Part shown: piece by piece, positions 16,733 to 18,210 of the stretch
How the letters are laid out: each line of letters starts with the position of its first letter
Position numbering within the stretch: the first letter of the stretch is position 1
Source: Promethearchaeota archaeon Loki_b32
GTDB lineage: Archaea > Asgardarchaeota > Lokiarchaeia > Sigyniarchaeales > SOKP01
DNA: 18,210 nt
Assembly (NCBI GenBank): GCA_005223125.1
Contig: NJBH01000053.1
Span: 1 to 18,210, forward strand
Direction: 5' to 3'
The notes under the pieces: generated by a model
Database searches by the model: none
Told to the model about the DNA's origin: nothing
What the model saw: only the letters and a program-made list of their open reading frames with translations
Made by a program: the position numbers and the translations under genes

Positions 16733-16903
16733 TTAAGTTATCGGGGCTGTGAAAATATCTATTAAAATTGCGTTTTCCGGATCAAAATATTTATTTTCAA
16801 TCAAAAAAGAATAAATTGTTATACGGTAAGAACTACCTGCACTTGCAATAGATGTCTTAAACGGATAATAGTTTTGTAAATCATATAATATTTTTGGTAA
16901 TAT
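16733..16903 (-). pseudogene. AbrB/SpoVT-like swapped-hairpin fragment
   Basis: ILPKILYDLQNYYPFKTSIASAGSSYRITIYSFLIENKYFDPENAILIDIF; no canonical start, in-frame TAA immediately upstream. Confidence 0.35.
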
Positions 16904-16905
16904 TT

Positions 16906-17061
16906 AACAATAAATCCAAATCTAAAAATATTGTTTTTTTCTGTACAGAAGCCGGAAAAAGTGAACCTAAATTAATTGAAGGGATGGCTAAATTATATGA
17001 GAAAGATCCAATATCTACCTTAGAAATCAAAAACAGATTTGTAAAGAATCGTTTTTTATAA
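16906..17061 (+). pseudogene. 3' stub of a flavodoxin
   Basis: NKSKSKNIVFFCTEAGKSEPKLIEGMAKLYEKDPISTLEI matches the flavodoxin VAFFCTxGG strand-loop-helix. The N-terminal SxTGNT loop is missing. Confidence 0.6.
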
Positions 17062-17086
17062 AAATAAAAAAAAATGTAATTTAAAA

Positions 17087-18210
17087 TTAGGATACTCTTT
17101 TACGCTTTTTCTTAATTATTAGAGATGTAAATAAGACAAAAAAAATCATCAGTAAGTACACAGGATATCCTGGAATAATTACATCTCCATCTCCATCTCC
17201 ATCTCCCTGAGGTGGAATTTCAACTACAATTTTAATACAATTTGAAAGTGTATCTCCATTATCATTGTGCGCAACCACGATAAAGTAGTATGTTCCATCC
17301 GAATAGTTGCTTAACATTAACGATAATTCGGTGATTTCATCTGCTAAAAGGATTATACTCCAATTAATCTCCGTAATATAGCTAGAATGACGATAGACAG
17401 AGTAATTATCTGTTCTAACGGAACTAGACCACGTGAGAATAAAAACTCCGTCAGAATCTGGAGTTTCTGCATCGGAAGAAAGCGTGAATGGTCCTGGGAT
17501 TGCAAGTCCCCCATCTATTATAGTCCAAGCAAAATTTGTAATGATAGTTTGTTTTGCATCCACGGCACCAAGGCTGTATATTGAATTACCTCCATCAAAA
17601 ATTACGTTATTTTGTAAAGATAGTTGCGACCAACCTAATAATAAATTATCGTAATTAGACGTTGATAATGTAACACCATGAAACATTTCATGCATGTATG
17701 TCACGCTCGAGACGTCCCAGCTACCGATGGGATGATTGAATGAAGAAGCCTCCTTGAACATATAACTCATATCTGTCACGCTCGAGACGTCCCAGTTGCC
17801 GATGGGCTGGTTGAACGAAGAAGCACTACTGAACATATCATGCATGTCTGCTACGCTCGAGACATCCCAGTTGCCGATGGACTGGTTGAATGAAAAAGCA
17901 CTACTGAACATATTACTCATGTCTGTCACGCTCGAGACATTCCAGCTATCGATAGGCTGGTTGAATGAAGATGCACCCTCGAACATATTACTCATGTCTG
18001 TCACGCTCGAGACATCCCAGTTGTCGATGGACTGGTTGAATGAAAAAGCACTACTGAACATACCACGCATGGCTGTTACGCTCGAGACCTCCCAGTTATC
18101 GATGGGCTGGTTGAATGAAGAAGCACTGAAGAACATACAATACATGAATGTCACACTCGAGACATTCCAGCTACCGATGGGCTGGATGAACGAAGAAGCA
18201 TGTCTAAACA
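17087..18210 (-). CDS. DUF285/BspA-type repeat surface protein with an Ig/Fn3-like domain and Loki-CTERM-like anchor; starts beyond the right edge
   Basis: 25-aa repeats [20 protein letters not shown], cap [12 protein letters not shown], beta domain [20 protein letters not shown] linker, IPGY + TM + KKKRKR. The frame is open to the window end. Confidence 0.92.
   Translation of the reverse strand, partial: FRHASSFIQPIGSWNVSSVTFMYCMFFSASSFNQPIDNWEVSSVTAMRGMFSSAFSFNQSIDNWDVSSVTDMSNMFEGASSFNQPIDSWNVSSVTDMSNMFSSAFSFNQSIGNWDVSSVADMHDMFSSASSFNQPIGNWDVSSVTDMSYMFKEASSFNHPIGSWDVSSVTYMHEMFHGVTLSTSNYDNLLLGWSQLSLQNNVIFDGGNSIYSLGAVDAKQTIITNFAWTIIDGGLAIPGPFTLSSDAETPDSDGVFILTWSSSVRTDNYSVYRHSSYITEINWSIILLADEITELSLMLSNYSDGTYYFIVVAHNDNGDTLSNCIKIVVEIPPQGDGDGDGDVIIPGYPVYLLMIFFVLFTSLIIKKKRKRVS
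17686..18210 (-). repeat. Seven 75-bp tandem coding repeats
   Basis: CTCGAG recurs at 17706, 17781, 17856, 17931, 18006, 18081 and 18156. Confidence 0.95.

Noticed and set aside
17387-17654. Two + strand track ORFs
   Set aside because: Antisense to the surface protein gene.
17686-18210. Regular repeats as a CRISPR array
   Set aside because: The 75-bp in-frame period encodes protein repeats; no unique spacers.
1-18210. tRNA, rRNA, transposase or integrase genes
   Set aside because: None recognised by eye; a covariance-model search would be needed to exclude small RNAs.

Overview
AT-rich archaeal DNA, most likely from an Asgard archaeon (Lokiarchaeia/Promethearchaeota-like). That inference rests on two gelsolin-domain genes, a Loki-CTERM-type IPGY-TM-basic tail, Fae-Hps and archaeal ribosomal proteins. 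Core genes: rps6e, rpl24e, rpoN/rpo10, rpl7ae, rps28e, rps24e, rps27ae, kae1, bud32. Other genes: fae-hps, two radical SAM enzymes, a sulfotransferase, an alkyltransferase-like protein missed by the ORF track, an ICMT-family membrane protein, a divergent NusA paralog, an RHH regulator and a DUF285/BspA repeat surface protein. The strongest novel signal is that three intact genes (rpl7ae, rpoN, ATL) appear to start at ATT/ATT/ATC, each 6 nt after a Shine-Dalgarno-like motif. The rpl7ae leader also folds into a K-turn (possibly tandem) that overlaps the SD. Spacers between intact genes hold 5'-truncated or disrupted gene pieces (LRR, Zn-ribbon, EamA, AEP primase, dephospho-CoA kinase, AbrB-like, flavodoxin). 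All family calls are from motif recognition by eye; no searches were run.
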